From Nitrosopumilus sp. (GTDB lineage: Archaea > Thermoproteota > Nitrososphaeria > Nitrososphaerales > Nitrosopumilaceae): a stretch of DNA of 64,000 bases. Shown in pieces: positions 10,318 to 19,378 of this stretch (positions within the stretch are counted from its first letter, which is position 1; every line of letters begins with the position of its first letter). Made by a program: the position numbers and the translations under genes. The notes beneath the pieces are model-generated. The model saw only the letters and a list, made by a program, of their open reading frames with translations. It searched no databases and was not told the origin of the DNA. The stretch covers positions 320,001 to 384,000 of the forward strand of contig OZ252243.1 in the NCBI GenBank assembly GCA_965249555.1. Reading direction: 5' to 3'.

Positions 10318-11231
10318 CTGACATTTTTGGACTACTCAAAGGGACTCCGGAAGATTCAGACTATATGAAAAAAGGAGTAATCGTTCAGGGAATAACTGGC
10401 GCATACGGCACTATTCATGCAAAAAGTATGATTAAAGATGGAACCAATATTGTTGCAGGAGTTACTCCTGGAAAAGGTGGTCAAAAATTTGAAGACAGTA
10501 TTCCAATTTACAATACAATGCAAGAGGCAGTGGATGCCACTAGTGCAAAAATTTCAATTATCTTTGTTCCAGCAAAATTCTTTCTTGGAGCGGCAAAAGA
10601 TGCACTAGAAGCTGGAATCAAGCTACTAGTTGCAATCCCAGAACATGTTCCAATCAGAGATACTATGGAAACACTAGAGTTGGCAAAACAGAAAGGAGCA
10701 ATAGTCATTGGACCAAACACTCCTGGAATTATAATTCCAGAATTAATCAAGATTGGAATCATGCCAGTAACTCCATTTATGGCAGGAAAGATTGCAGTTC
10801 TATCAAAGAGTGGAACACTACTCTATGAAATTTCAGATGCACTAACCACTGCAGGCTTTGGACAATCAATTACAATCGGTATTGGAGGAGATCCAGTGAA
10901 TGGGACAAGACTTGTTGACGCATTTGAGATGATAAAAGACATTTCAGAGTTGGAAGGATTGGTAATTGTAGGAGAAATTGGTGGCGATTCTGAGGAAATT
11001 TTAGCTCAAAAAATTATTGACAGTGGATTTAGCAAACCAACTGTAGCATACATTGCAGGAAGAGCAGCACCAAAAGAAAAGAGAATGGGGCATGCAGGTG
11101 CAATAGTCATGGGAACTTATGGTTCTGCAGAATCCAAGATATCGATGTTTAACAAGGCAAATATTCCAGTAGCAAAGAGACCTGCAGAAGTACCAGTGTT
11201 ACTAGCAGGGAAGATTGAAAAATCCGATTAG
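10314..11231 (+). CDS. sucD: Succinyl-CoA synthetase alpha subunit
   Basis: QGITG, GVTPGKGG, GPNTPG, RMGHAGA phospho-His motif. Confidence 0.93.
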   Translation: MTDIFGLLKGTPEDSDYMKKGVIVQGITGAYGTIHAKSMIKDGTNIVAGVTPGKGGQKFEDSIPIYNTMQEAVDATSAKISIIFVPAKFFLGAAKDALEAGIKLLVAIPEHVPIRDTMETLELAKQKGAIVIGPNTPGIIIPELIKIGIMPVTPFMAGKIAVLSKSGTLLYEISDALTTAGFGQSITIGIGGDPVNGTRLVDAFEMIKDISELEGLVIVGEIGGDSEEILAQKIIDSGFSKPTVAYIAGRAAPKEKRMGHAGAIVMGTYGSAESKISMFNKANIPVAKRPAEVPVLLAGKIEKSD

Positions 11232-11262
11232 AATAAAAGAGAGAGATTTTGGAGTGAATTAA

Positions 11263-11430
11263 ATGCCAATTACGGATCCTGAAAAGAAACGCATTGCACA
11301 ACAAGCACGTCTTGTAATGAGAATCTGCTTCAAGTGTGGAGCCAGAAACGACATCGGAGCTACAAGATGCAGAAAATGCAGAAACCCATACTTGAGACTA
11401 AAGAACAGAGCCCTCGGCGTCAAGAAATAG
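11263..11430 (+). CDS. rpl40e: 50S ribosomal protein L40e (below ORF-track cutoff)
   Basis: Hand translation MPITDPEKKRIAQQARLVMRICFKCGARNDIGATRCRKCRNPYLRLKNRALGVKK; GGAG upstream. Confidence 0.93.
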   Translation: MPITDPEKKRIAQQARLVMRICFKCGARNDIGATRCRKCRNPYLRLKNRALGVKK

Positions 11431-11432
11431 AA

Positions 11433-11681
11433 CTAATAATTCATCAAACTTTGCCTATACTCTACAATTGCAAATTTTAACTCAGAACTGTATTGTGTAA
11501 TGAATGATTTCGCAGAATCAGGACTTTCTAATTCCTCAAGAGTTAGTTGGATATCATCAGGTAATTCTTCATTCATTTGAAAAAGAATTTTGGCTGCATC
11601 CACATATTGTCCAAGATTTTCGGCATATTCAAATGCCAATGTCATTTTATCAATTAATGTATTAAATTCCTGCAGGGACAC
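11433..11681 (-). CDS. Hypothetical protein
   Basis: 82-aa acidic helical ORF. Confidence 0.65.
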   Translation of the reverse strand: MSLQEFNTLIDKMTLAFEYAENLGQYVDAAKILFQMNEELPDDIQLTLEELESPDSAKSFITQYSSELKFAIVEYRQSLMNY

Positions 11682-11775
11682 AGATAATATTTTAAAAATC
11701 AGTACAAAAGAGGTTGGTAATTACGAAATATCCAAAATCTAAAGACAAAAAAGCTTGTGTTTTTGTAAATTTATT

Positions 11776-11870
11776 GGACCGGTCGTCTAGTTTGGTTTGG
11801 ATGACGCACTCACACTGCGTAAGGAGAAATCCCGCAAAGGTCGTGGGTTCAAATCCCATCCGGTCCACCA
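11776..11870 (+). tRNA. tRNA-Val(CAC) with 17-nt non-canonical intron (11822-11838, position 44/45) and encoded CCA
   Basis: Acceptor GGACCGG/CCGGTCC; anticodon arm ACGCA-CTCACAC-TGCGT; T arm GTGGG-TTCAAAT-CCCAT; bulge-helix-bulge around the insert. Confidence 0.92.
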
Positions 11871-11905
11871 CTTTATTGGTTCTTAAATAAAATTCACAGG
11901 TAACT

Positions 11906-12073
11906 ATGACATTGGATGATTTTGATGAACCCTTGAACGTCTTTTTTGATGCTTTGGAAAATCGTACAACAAGGGATCATTATCAAAGATATCTAAAGTA
12001 TTTCTTCAAATTCTTGAAATTAGATGGAGATTCATTAGAAAGTCATTGCAGATCTAAACAATGCAATAAATGA
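11906..12073 (+). pseudogene. Tyrosine integrase N-terminal fragment
   Basis: MTLDDFDEPLNVFFDALENRTTRDHYQRYLKYFFKFLKLDG resembles the N-terminal helical domain of thaumarchaeal integrases; truncated. Confidence 0.65.
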
Positions 12074-12334
12074 TATCAAAAATCAATTCAAAATTAATCC
12101 TATGAATGAAGATAATTATTATCCTAGAGACCTTGCAGATAAACTAAATCCTGAACAAAGAGAATATTTCAGATATGGTATAATTCTTGGAAGAAGATAC
12201 CCAGGATTAAATTTTCATCCTGATTCAAAAATTTATTCTCTAACAGGTGATAAAAAAATATTTTATTGTTGGTGTAATACTAGGTAGAAAATTTCCTAAC
12301 AAGAATTTTAGGTATTTATAATGAATGGGTATGT

Positions 12335-13470
12335 GAGACTTGGGCATAATGATTTACAAAAAAAACCAAAACTTTTCTCTAACAACAAAGCATTCTTTTC
12401 GCAATCCTTGGATTCTCACTTCCAATTACACAGTTACAATACACTGCCAACTGATACACCAACACGCAAATCAGCACGAATGATTGTACGTTCTCAAATC
12501 CTTTCACCAGAACTGTTCTAATGCTAAACGTATCCTTGATTATCTCAGAGTGTTTCAATTGATATTTTTCTCTGAGAATAATTTCTGACCAACTGCTGAA
12601 TTGTAAAACCCTGTCAACTTTGTTCTGTCTGGTGTGGCGTAGAATAGTATTTTTTGACTGGACAGATTAATCTCATGGTATTATTCTTAGTTGACTCGTA
12701 TAGTTTAGAATCATCATATGCCGGATCACACCATATACTATTCATCAATCCAGAAAGTGACTCTCAATTTTTCATATGGCTTGCTATCATAGACATTTGC
12801 AGTAGTTACACATGGCAGATAATGGAACAACTAGTCTTTCCTGTGCTACAACTCATGTGTAGTTTGTATCCATACGCCCAACCCTTTGATTTGGAGAATC
12901 CCCACTTGACATTTGTGTCAATTCCTGCAATTGGTAAGTGATTCTTTTTGATGTCCGATTTGTGCCATACTGGACCTGAAGCTTTTAGCATTGAATTATC
13001 AACTGCTGCTGATTTACTATTCACCAATCCTTCTGAGACAAACAAATCTTCTACAGTGTTAATAATTTCATTGATTGGTAAGCATTGAAATCTTCTGTCA
13101 ATTGTCCTTCTGTCAGGAATTTAATCTGCAAACCTTGCGTAATTTGTCATTGGTACATTTGATTGAGAGAAAATAATGCAGTGTGTTGTTACTTGGAATT
13201 CTCATCCATGACTTTACGATGAATAATTGAACCATTAGAACAGTTGAATGGACATATGGTCGTCCTCGTCTCATTGCATTCTCATACAGATATAGTATTC
13301 CAACCAGATACAAAATACCAATAAGAAATGACTTACATAGAATCTTGCTAGGGATTTTTATTTGTTTTGTAATCATTACAATGAACAAAACATGATGAGA
13401 TCCTTTGCTTTTTCTATTTGAATAATTTGAGAAATCGGTTAAAAATGAGAATTGATTATGCCCATGTCTC
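12335..13470 (-). mobile_element. Degenerate IS (DDE transposase, IS982/IS5-like), copy 1
   Basis: Terminal IRs GAGACTTGGGCATAAT / GAGACATGGGCATAAT; frameshifted transposase closely similar to 51969-52985 (WGFSKSKGW.YGYKLH). Confidence 0.9.
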
Positions 13471-13471
13471 A

Positions 13472-14043
13472 TTGTAAATGAAAATTCATGTGTTTTACGA
13501 GATGAGTTTGATGTTTCAAAATCAAGTAAAGGATTAGCAACAGTTCCAAAATAGCTAAAAAGTACAGGTTTGAAGAGTTTAATTGAACGTGCTCTTTTTG
13601 CTGAAGGAATAGGAAAGCCTCTTTCAAAAGGTCAGAAAAGACACGAATTCAAAACAGACCATAGTTTTAGAAAATTCTTTAAGACAATTGTTGAACGAAA
13701 TATGAAGTCATTACACGTAGAAATACTAATGGGTCATTCTACTGGATTAGCCAACAACTACTATAGAATTCCAGAAAAAGAACTACTAGAAGAATATACC
13801 AAAGCTATTCAAGATCTCAGCATCTATGAATCCACACCACAAGAAGATAAAATACAGTATTTGGAAAGAGAGATTCGAGAAATGAAAATGAACTTGGCTG
13901 ATCTTATGATAGATTATGGAAAAGAACGTTCTGGAGAATTGATTTCTAAACATCCCAAACTATTGAAAGGCATGAAATTTTCTACTGAATCAGATGCAGT
14001 AATAATCAAAGACTTTTTAGATGATTCTGACATATTATACTGA
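13472..14043 (+). pseudogene. Tyrosine integrase C-terminal catalytic fragment
   Basis: HSFRKFFKT (HxxR), LMGHS and NNYY catalytic motifs; in-frame TAG near 13552; begins at the IS end. Confidence 0.85.
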
Positions 14044-14236
14044 TTTTGGCAAACAAAGTAATCATCGATAATGACATTCAGATTTAGTATAAAATTGGCA
14101 TAATTGGGTTTTACTGTTGACATATAGGTATGTAGGTATGTGGTAATATAGTACCAATTATATGTTAATTTTATGCATAATTTCTTTAATAATTGGTTAG
14201 ATTATAATTACTAATTATTCAAAATACCATAATATT

Positions 14237-14263
14237 TATATACTATCTTATATATAGTATATA
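14237..14263. promoter_or_regulatory. Palindromic operator-like site overlapping the TATA region of the HTH-array operon
   Basis: TATATACTAT-N7-ATAGTATATA perfect 10-bp inverted repeat ending 14 nt before ATG 14278; AT-rich, so chance is possible. Confidence 0.45.
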
Positions 14264-14277
14264 TAGAGAAAAATTAG

Positions 14278-14499
14278 ATGGTAAAAATAGAAGATCAAAA
14301 CATTAAAAAAGAGTTGCAAATCATAATTGGGATATTGCTTAATCAATCAAAGATTCAAGAAAAAAGTCTAGGTGAGAAAATAAGGTATCTTGCATTAATG
14401 AAATACGAAAATCAGGAAATTGCAGATATGTTAGGAACAACATACAATATGGTGGCAAAAGAAAAGTCAAAAGCAAAAAAGGGGAAAAAAGATGAGTGA
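14278..14499 (+). CDS. Small HTH protein 1 of tandem array
   Basis: YENQEIADMLGTTYNMVAKE helix-turn-helix; basic tail. Confidence 0.75.
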   Translation: MVKIEDQNIKKELQIIIGILLNQSKIQEKSLGEKIRYLALMKYENQEIADMLGTTYNMVAKEKSKAKKGKKDE

Positions 14500-14722
14500 A
14501 GACATTTTAAAAGTAATTGATAGAAGATTAGAAACCATAATCAATCTAATTGCAATTGATGTAATTAAAGACAAATCTCTTAATGAACAGATAGATATTC
14601 TTTCTAGTGCACGTTTAACAGTTAATGAAATAGCAACTATACTAAACAAGTCACCAAATAACATCAGTGTTAGATTACACTTAAAAAAAATCAAAAAAGA
14701 AAGAGGTAAAAAAATTGAATGA
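14492..14722 (+). CDS. Small HTH protein 2 of tandem array
   Basis: LTVNEIATILNKSPNNISVRL; 8-nt overlap with previous gene. Confidence 0.8.
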   Translation: MSEDILKVIDRRLETIINLIAIDVIKDKSLNEQIDILSSARLTVNEIATILNKSPNNISVRLHLKKIKKERGKKIE

Positions 14723-14915
14723 AAAGCAATTCAAAATATTAACTGAAAAATTAGATTTTATTTCTAAAATATTATTACTTAATATTGTAAAAGATCTAGA
14801 ATTCAACAAGCAAGTTACACAATTATCTAATTTAGGACTAAGAGAAACAGATATTGTAAAAATATTGAATTCGACCAGAAACAAAGTTCATTTAATTATG
14901 AGGAAAATTAAATGA
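14715..14915 (+). CDS. Small HTH protein 3 of tandem array
   Basis: GLRETDIVKILNSTRNKVHLIM; aligns with proteins 1-2; 8-nt overlap. Confidence 0.75.
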   Translation: MNEKQFKILTEKLDFISKILLLNIVKDLEFNKQVTQLSNLGLRETDIVKILNSTRNKVHLIMRKIK

Positions 14916-15175
14916 TTGAAAAAAAAGAAATACCAGATACAGAAATAATTAAGAGATTATTGATAGTACAATTAGTTAGGAATGAGATATCAATTAGAGA
15001 CATTGTAAAAATTACGTGGATTGGAACTAAAAAATTGTATGAATTTTTACCAAAAAATATAGGAAATGGAGAACAAATTCCAGTTAAACGTGGCATGAGA
15101 TTCAAACATTCTTTTGATTTAAGTGATTTTGGTTTGCTACCTACATCCAGTAAAAAGGAGACAAAACATGGGTGA
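14912..15175 (+). CDS. Small HTH protein 4 of tandem array
   Basis: IKRLLIVQL..ISIRDIVKITWIGTKKLYEFLPKN; ATGA overlap. Confidence 0.75.
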   Translation: MIEKKEIPDTEIIKRLLIVQLVRNEISIRDIVKITWIGTKKLYEFLPKNIGNGEQIPVKRGMRFKHSFDLSDFGLLPTSSKKETKHG

Positions 15176-15344
15176 CAAGATACAGGTTGAACTGGAATCT
15201 ATAAAAAAATTATTGATTTTAAATTTGATTTCTCAAGGAATACCTCATGCTGCTGTTGCAAAAGCAGCTGGCATGAGTACTAAAACACTTTACAACTTCA
15301 TTCCAAAAAATCTTTCTAAAATATCTCGTAATGGTGATGAATAA
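15168..15344 (+). CDS. Small HTH protein 5 of tandem array (58 aa)
   Basis: IKKLLILNL..GIPHAAVAKAAGMSTKTLYNFIPKN; AAGGAG SD before ATG 15168; paralog of protein 4. Confidence 0.8.
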   Translation: MGDKIQVELESIKKLLILNLISQGIPHAAVAKAAGMSTKTLYNFIPKNLSKISRNGDE

Positions 15345-15346
15345 AC

Positions 15347-15718
15347 ATGGGTGACATGTTAAATCGAGATGTAAGAGAAATTAAGAATCGTATTGATGGA
15401 ATCGACAAATCAATGGATCTACTTCTTCGTGCAAATCGAAAAGAAATAACTGATGATATACTAGTTTTCTTTGGAAAATCAAAGAATCGTGTGAACGTGT
15501 TCTTGGCAGTTGATGGTAGAATCACAGTCAATCAAATTGTAAATAAGTTAAAACCTATGAAACAACCTAATGTGTCTACAAGAATATCTGAACTGTTTGA
15601 TGAAGACCTGATTTATGTAAAAAAAACAACGAATAAAGGCAAAGTTTATGAAAAAACAAAAAAGGTAAAAATTTTGAATTTAGAAAAAATTCTTAGGAAT
15701 ATATTTAAAATAAAATGA
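15347..15718 (+). CDS. Winged-helix (ArsR/MarR-like) protein with N-terminal coiled segment
   Basis: ITVNQIVNKL..MKQPNVSTRISELFDEDLI..GKVYEKT. Confidence 0.75.
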   Translation: MGDMLNRDVREIKNRIDGIDKSMDLLLRANRKEITDDILVFFGKSKNRVNVFLAVDGRITVNQIVNKLKPMKQPNVSTRISELFDEDLIYVKKTTNKGKVYEKTKKVKILNLEKILRNIFKIK

Positions 15719-16248
15719 CTTTTGAAGAACTTAAGGCTGCAATTCAATCACGAATATGGGATATTTTTAATCAAAATAGCTGGACTGAATTAGATGATTT
15801 TTCATTAAGACTTTCTGAAAAAATTACAAAAAAAATGATTAGTTCTCCTTCTAAAACCAATATTCAAAAAATCATAGATTCCACTAGAACAAATTTTTTT
15901 ACTGTAAACAAGATTAAAAAAATTTCTCTTGCAAAGTCTCTGGAAAACGATTTACGTGAAATCCATGATTTGTATAAACCGAGTAAAAGAATATTTAAGA
16001 AAAAATCTGCATCTTCCTCTAAATCTAAACCTCGAAATGATTTCTCAGATGATGCAAAAATCCAAGCACTGAGAAAACAAGATCATCGTTGTGCTAAATG
16101 TGGACGAATTTTAGGGGTTGTGGATTATGATCATGAAGATGGAGACAGATCCAATGATGATCCATCTAATTGTAGGGCAATATGCCCATACTGTCATGCT
16201 GTTGTTTCTAGACGTAGACAAAGTCTTAAGAGAATGAAAATGAATTGA
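15715..16248 (+). CDS. HNH endonuclease with N-terminal helical domain
   Basis: CAKCG..DYDHEDGDRSNDDPSNCRAICPYCH. Confidence 0.85.
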   Translation: MTFEELKAAIQSRIWDIFNQNSWTELDDFSLRLSEKITKKMISSPSKTNIQKIIDSTRTNFFTVNKIKKISLAKSLENDLREIHDLYKPSKRIFKKKSASSSKSKPRNDFSDDAKIQALRKQDHRCAKCGRILGVVDYDHEDGDRSNDDPSNCRAICPYCHAVVSRRRQSLKRMKMN

Positions 16249-16517
16249 ACCGTCGATTTTTTGGAATCTGCTTTTTGAACCTATATCAGCACGGAAACCA
16301 TCCGGTCCACTCCATTTTAGTTACTAAATTAGTTTCAGAATTGCTTTAAGGAAATCCCATTGTGTTTGGTCATAGTCAAAAATACTCCTCCTACTATTGT
16401 TATTTCAGTGAACTCTTGATTTCCTATGTTCATCAATTAAGAGTCTTACTTTATCTAAAAATCACATGTTATCTAAAAGTATGAATAATTGTTATATAGT
16501 ATTTTGACGTATATGAT

Positions 16518-16620
16518 ATAACGAGAAGCCTTTGTTCTGCGTCGTAGAATAATAGGTCTGGAAAACACCTCATGTTAAAAAAACGTCCTAGAATCATGTG
16601 TTTTCCATGTATCTCGTTGT
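16518..16620 (+). ncRNA. Candidate structured RNA / 5' leader (three-way junction)
   Basis: Stems AACGAGA/TCTCGTT, TTGTTCTGC/GTAGAATAA and TGGAAAACAC/GTGTTTTCCA; TTATATA box at 16492-16498. Confidence 0.45.
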
Positions 16621-16663
16621 TCTAAAAGGAAACAATTTAGAATAGTCCATAATAGGAACGAAT

Positions 16664-17482
16664 ATGGATTCCAAAGACGTTATAGATAATGTAAATGCGT
16701 TATTGAAACTCGGGGTGGGGGATCCATACAGACTAGAGCACATCAAACAATCATACATCCTAAACAGCACTATTTGGAAGAGTGATGACAAATACCTAGA
16801 ACAACTAAAAGAGAAATACCTAGTCAGACATCGCATAGACCAACCAAGCATAGAACCAGAAATTGATGAAAAGACAGAAAGTGAGTCTGAAGATAAGGAC
16901 ATGATTCATTGCTGGAAATGTGGAAAAAAGAGTCCAACAAGAGCTAATTTTTGCATGATTTGTGGCTCTTCTATTTTTGAAGTTGGTGAAGAACCTAAAA
17001 CAGCTGATGTGCAAATGGCATCTACTCGATCAAAAAATCAGACAAAAAGGATTAGATTAAAAATTCCCATTTTAATTGGCATTCCTGTTTTAATTTTAAT
17101 AATAATTGGTGGTGCATATAGCCAAGGCTTTTGGGACAACTCGCTAGAAAGACAGGGTACAGGGGATTCAACAAGTGGGGTGATGGTATCTACTGAAGAC
17201 AATTCAAAATGTGGTCCAGGAACAGTCTTTGATCCGGATGCTAATGCATGTGTTTTAGGAAGTGCAATAGGGTCTAAAGATTCAACAAGTGGGGCAAGTA
17301 CTGAAGACAATTCAAAATGTGGTCCAGGAACAGTCTTTGATCCGGATGCTAATGCATGTGTTTTAGGAAGTGCGATAGAGTCTAAAGATTCAACAAGTGG
17401 GGCAAGTACTGAAGACAATTCAAAATGTGGTCCAGGAACAGTCTTTGATCCTGATGCTAATGCATGTGTTTTAGATAAATGA
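16664..17482 (+). CDS. Zinc-ribbon membrane protein with C-terminal CGPGT repeats
   Basis: CWKCG..FCMICG; one TM helix; 3x STEDNSKCGPGTVFDPDANACVL. Confidence 0.85.
   Translation: MDSKDVIDNVNALLKLGVGDPYRLEHIKQSYILNSTIWKSDDKYLEQLKEKYLVRHRIDQPSIEPEIDEKTESESEDKDMIHCWKCGKKSPTRANFCMICGSSIFEVGEEPKTADVQMASTRSKNQTKRIRLKIPILIGIPVLILIIIGGAYSQGFWDNSLERQGTGDSTSGVMVSTEDNSKCGPGTVFDPDANACVLGSAIGSKDSTSGASTEDNSKCGPGTVFDPDANACVLGSAIESKDSTSGASTEDNSKCGPGTVFDPDANACVLDK
17191..17475 (+). repeat. Intragenic tandem repeat, 108-bp period, ~2.6 copies
   Basis: TACTGAAGACAATTCAAAATGTGGTCCAGG at 17191, 17299 and 17407. Confidence 0.95.
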
Positions 17483-17545
17483 AAACAGGAATCACAAGAG
17501 ATTTCAAATTAGTTAGTTAAAATTGGATAAAGTTGACAAAAATTT

Positions 17546-17677
17546 GTGAAAGCCAGATTTAATGGAAAATGCGTAGAATGTGGAGGAGAAATTAAAGTGG
17601 GTAAAGAGATCATAAAAAACTCTAAAGAAAAATGGGTTCACAAGGCATGCTCAGATTTAGAAGACGAATTACCATAA
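17546..17677 (+). CDS. Small Zn-binding protein (43 aa, not in ORF track)
   Basis: GTG start; KARFNGKCVECGGEIKVG..WVHKAC (CxxC..HxxC). Confidence 0.7.
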   Translation: MKARFNGKCVECGGEIKVGKEIIKNSKEKWVHKACSDLEDELP

Positions 17678-17739
17678 ATCATAAAGTTGGAACAAATTAG
17701 TAACAAAGTTTTAAAGGGCTTGCAAAAAAAGGAGAATAG

Positions 17740-18168
17740 ATGAATACAAAATCAAGCATATTTTTGATTGCATCAATTACGACAGTATTTGCCATAATGA
17801 TGATTCCAGGAGATATTTCTGCTGAAACCAGTCAAAATATCATTACTGTAACTCCAATTAATGAGGAGATAAGTTTGCAACAGACTGTCACTGCAATGAG
17901 TATCCCTCAAGAGAATAAACTTCCTTGGGGAACAGTCATAGGAGCGGCATCAGATTATGTTGAAAGATATCCAGTTATCATCCAATTTTACAAGGGAGAA
18001 GATCCAGTTCACTTTTCACAAGTGGATGTAAGAGGAGATGGCTCTTATGAATACAAATTTAGAGTTAGAAGTCTTGATACAGCCACAGGAGAGGTTGTAA
18101 ATGTCTTTGAAGGAGATTATACTGTAAAAATCTTTAGAGTGATTCCCAACACCAATCAAATAGTTTAG
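17740..18168 (+). CDS. Secreted hypothetical protein, beta-rich
   Basis: N-terminal signal peptide; GSYEYKF..GDYTVK Ig-like strands. Confidence 0.7.
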   Translation: MNTKSSIFLIASITTVFAIMMIPGDISAETSQNIITVTPINEEISLQQTVTAMSIPQENKLPWGTVIGAASDYVERYPVIIQFYKGEDPVHFSQVDVRGDGSYEYKFRVRSLDTATGEVVNVFEGDYTVKIFRVIPNTNQIV

Positions 18169-18170
18169 AG

Positions 18171-18761
18171 TCAATAGGGCGTACCAGATTCTCTTTGTTT
18201 TGCCAGAGCTGTAACATACCATTCAAACTCATCTAGAAATCTTGAAAATCTTCTATCATAGTTTTCATCAAGTAGATTTCCATCATTATCAAAGGTTTCA
18301 TGGACTTTGGAGATTGGAAGTTGTGATGGAATAGCAGATGCACCCATCTCTGCTAATATTTGACGAAGATGGTTTCCTGCAACAACACCACCAAAAGGAC
18401 CCACAGAATAAGAAATGATAGCTGAAGGCTTGAAAAAATACTCCTCTAAGAAATAATCCAATGTATTTTTCATCGCAGAGGATATACTGTGATTGTACTC
18501 TGGAGTTATTGGGATGTACCCATCTGCATCTTTAATGATTTTTTGAAGTTCCTGTAATTTTCTAGGCGGGGATTTCATCTCTTTGTACATTTTATCTAAT
18601 AATGGCAAGTCTAATTCTACAGGGTCTACTAGTGAAACTTGATGTCCTTTCTCTTTTAGTTTACCTATAACCCATTTCGCAACTTTAATTCCATTTCTTT
18701 CAGATCTTACAGAACCAAGAATTACCACAATTTTTGCCAATAAGCATACATAATAAAACAA
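18171..18761 (-). CDS. NADPH-dependent FMN reductase
   Basis: GSVR..R, TPEYNHS..MKNTLD; true start probably slightly downstream. Confidence 0.9.
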   Translation of the reverse strand: MFYYVCLLAKIVVILGSVRSERNGIKVAKWVIGKLKEKGHQVSLVDPVELDLPLLDKMYKEMKSPPRKLQELQKIIKDADGYIPITPEYNHSISSAMKNTLDYFLEEYFFKPSAIISYSVGPFGGVVAGNHLRQILAEMGASAIPSQLPISKVHETFDNDGNLLDENYDRRFSRFLDEFEWYVTALAKQRESGTPY

Positions 18762-18837
18762 GATAAAATATTTTTTCTAAATTTACAAAATTATTCATAG
18801 AATTCATATACTAAATAAGTTGTTGAAGAGCTAGAAA

Positions 18838-19377
18838 ATGAGCAAGAATTTTTGGCATGATATTGAATCAGGAGTAGATATTCCGGAAATCATCAATGTA
18901 ATTGTAGAGATTCCAAAAGGTTCAATGAACAAATACGAATATGACAAAAAGCACAATATGATAAAGCTTGACAGAGTATTATTTTCACCATTTCATTATC
19001 CAGGAGATTACGGGCTTGTTCCTCAAACTTTATCGGAGGATGGCGACCCACTTGATGCACTAGTACTTGTAACCAATTCTACATATCCAGGAATTCTCAT
19101 TGAAGCAAGGCCAATAGGACTACTTCAGATGAAAGATGATGGAGAACCAGATGACAAAATTATTTGTGTATCAACAAATGATCCTAGATATCTACACACT
19201 ACAGACATTACAAATATTGAGGATCACTATCGCTCAGAGATTGCACACTTTTTCCAAGTCTACAAAGATTTGGAAGGAAAGAAAGTAGAAATTTTAGGAT
19301 GGGGGACTGCAAAAGATGCAAAATCAGTAATTATTGACTCGGTTAAGAGATACAAGGATACTCTAAAAAAATACTAA
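18838..19377 (+). CDS. ppa: Soluble inorganic pyrophosphatase (family I)
   Basis: EIPKGS.NKYE, DGDPLDAL, DDKII. Confidence 0.96.
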   Translation: MSKNFWHDIESGVDIPEIINVIVEIPKGSMNKYEYDKKHNMIKLDRVLFSPFHYPGDYGLVPQTLSEDGDPLDALVLVTNSTYPGILIEARPIGLLQMKDDGEPDDKIICVSTNDPRYLHTTDITNIEDHYRSEIAHFFQVYKDLEGKKVEILGWGTAKDAKSVIIDSVKRYKDTLKKY

Positions 19378-19378
19378 C

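Larger units (their letters stand above)
11856..16310. mobile_element. Integrated element at tRNA-Val (defective integrative element)
   Basis: CCATCCGGTCCAC at 11856-11868 (tRNA 3' end) repeated at 16298-16310; integrase remnants start right after the tRNA. Confidence 0.85.

Noticed and set aside
12321-12941. Plus-strand ORFs also present at 51888-52533
   Set aside because: Antisense frames of the duplicated transposase
17191-17475. Regularly spaced repeats as a CRISPR array
   Set aside because: In-frame 108-bp coding repeats with no unique spacers and no cas genes
18838-19377. Soluble ppa together with membrane hppA as a novelty
   Set aside because: Co-occurrence of both pyrophosphatase types is not unusual
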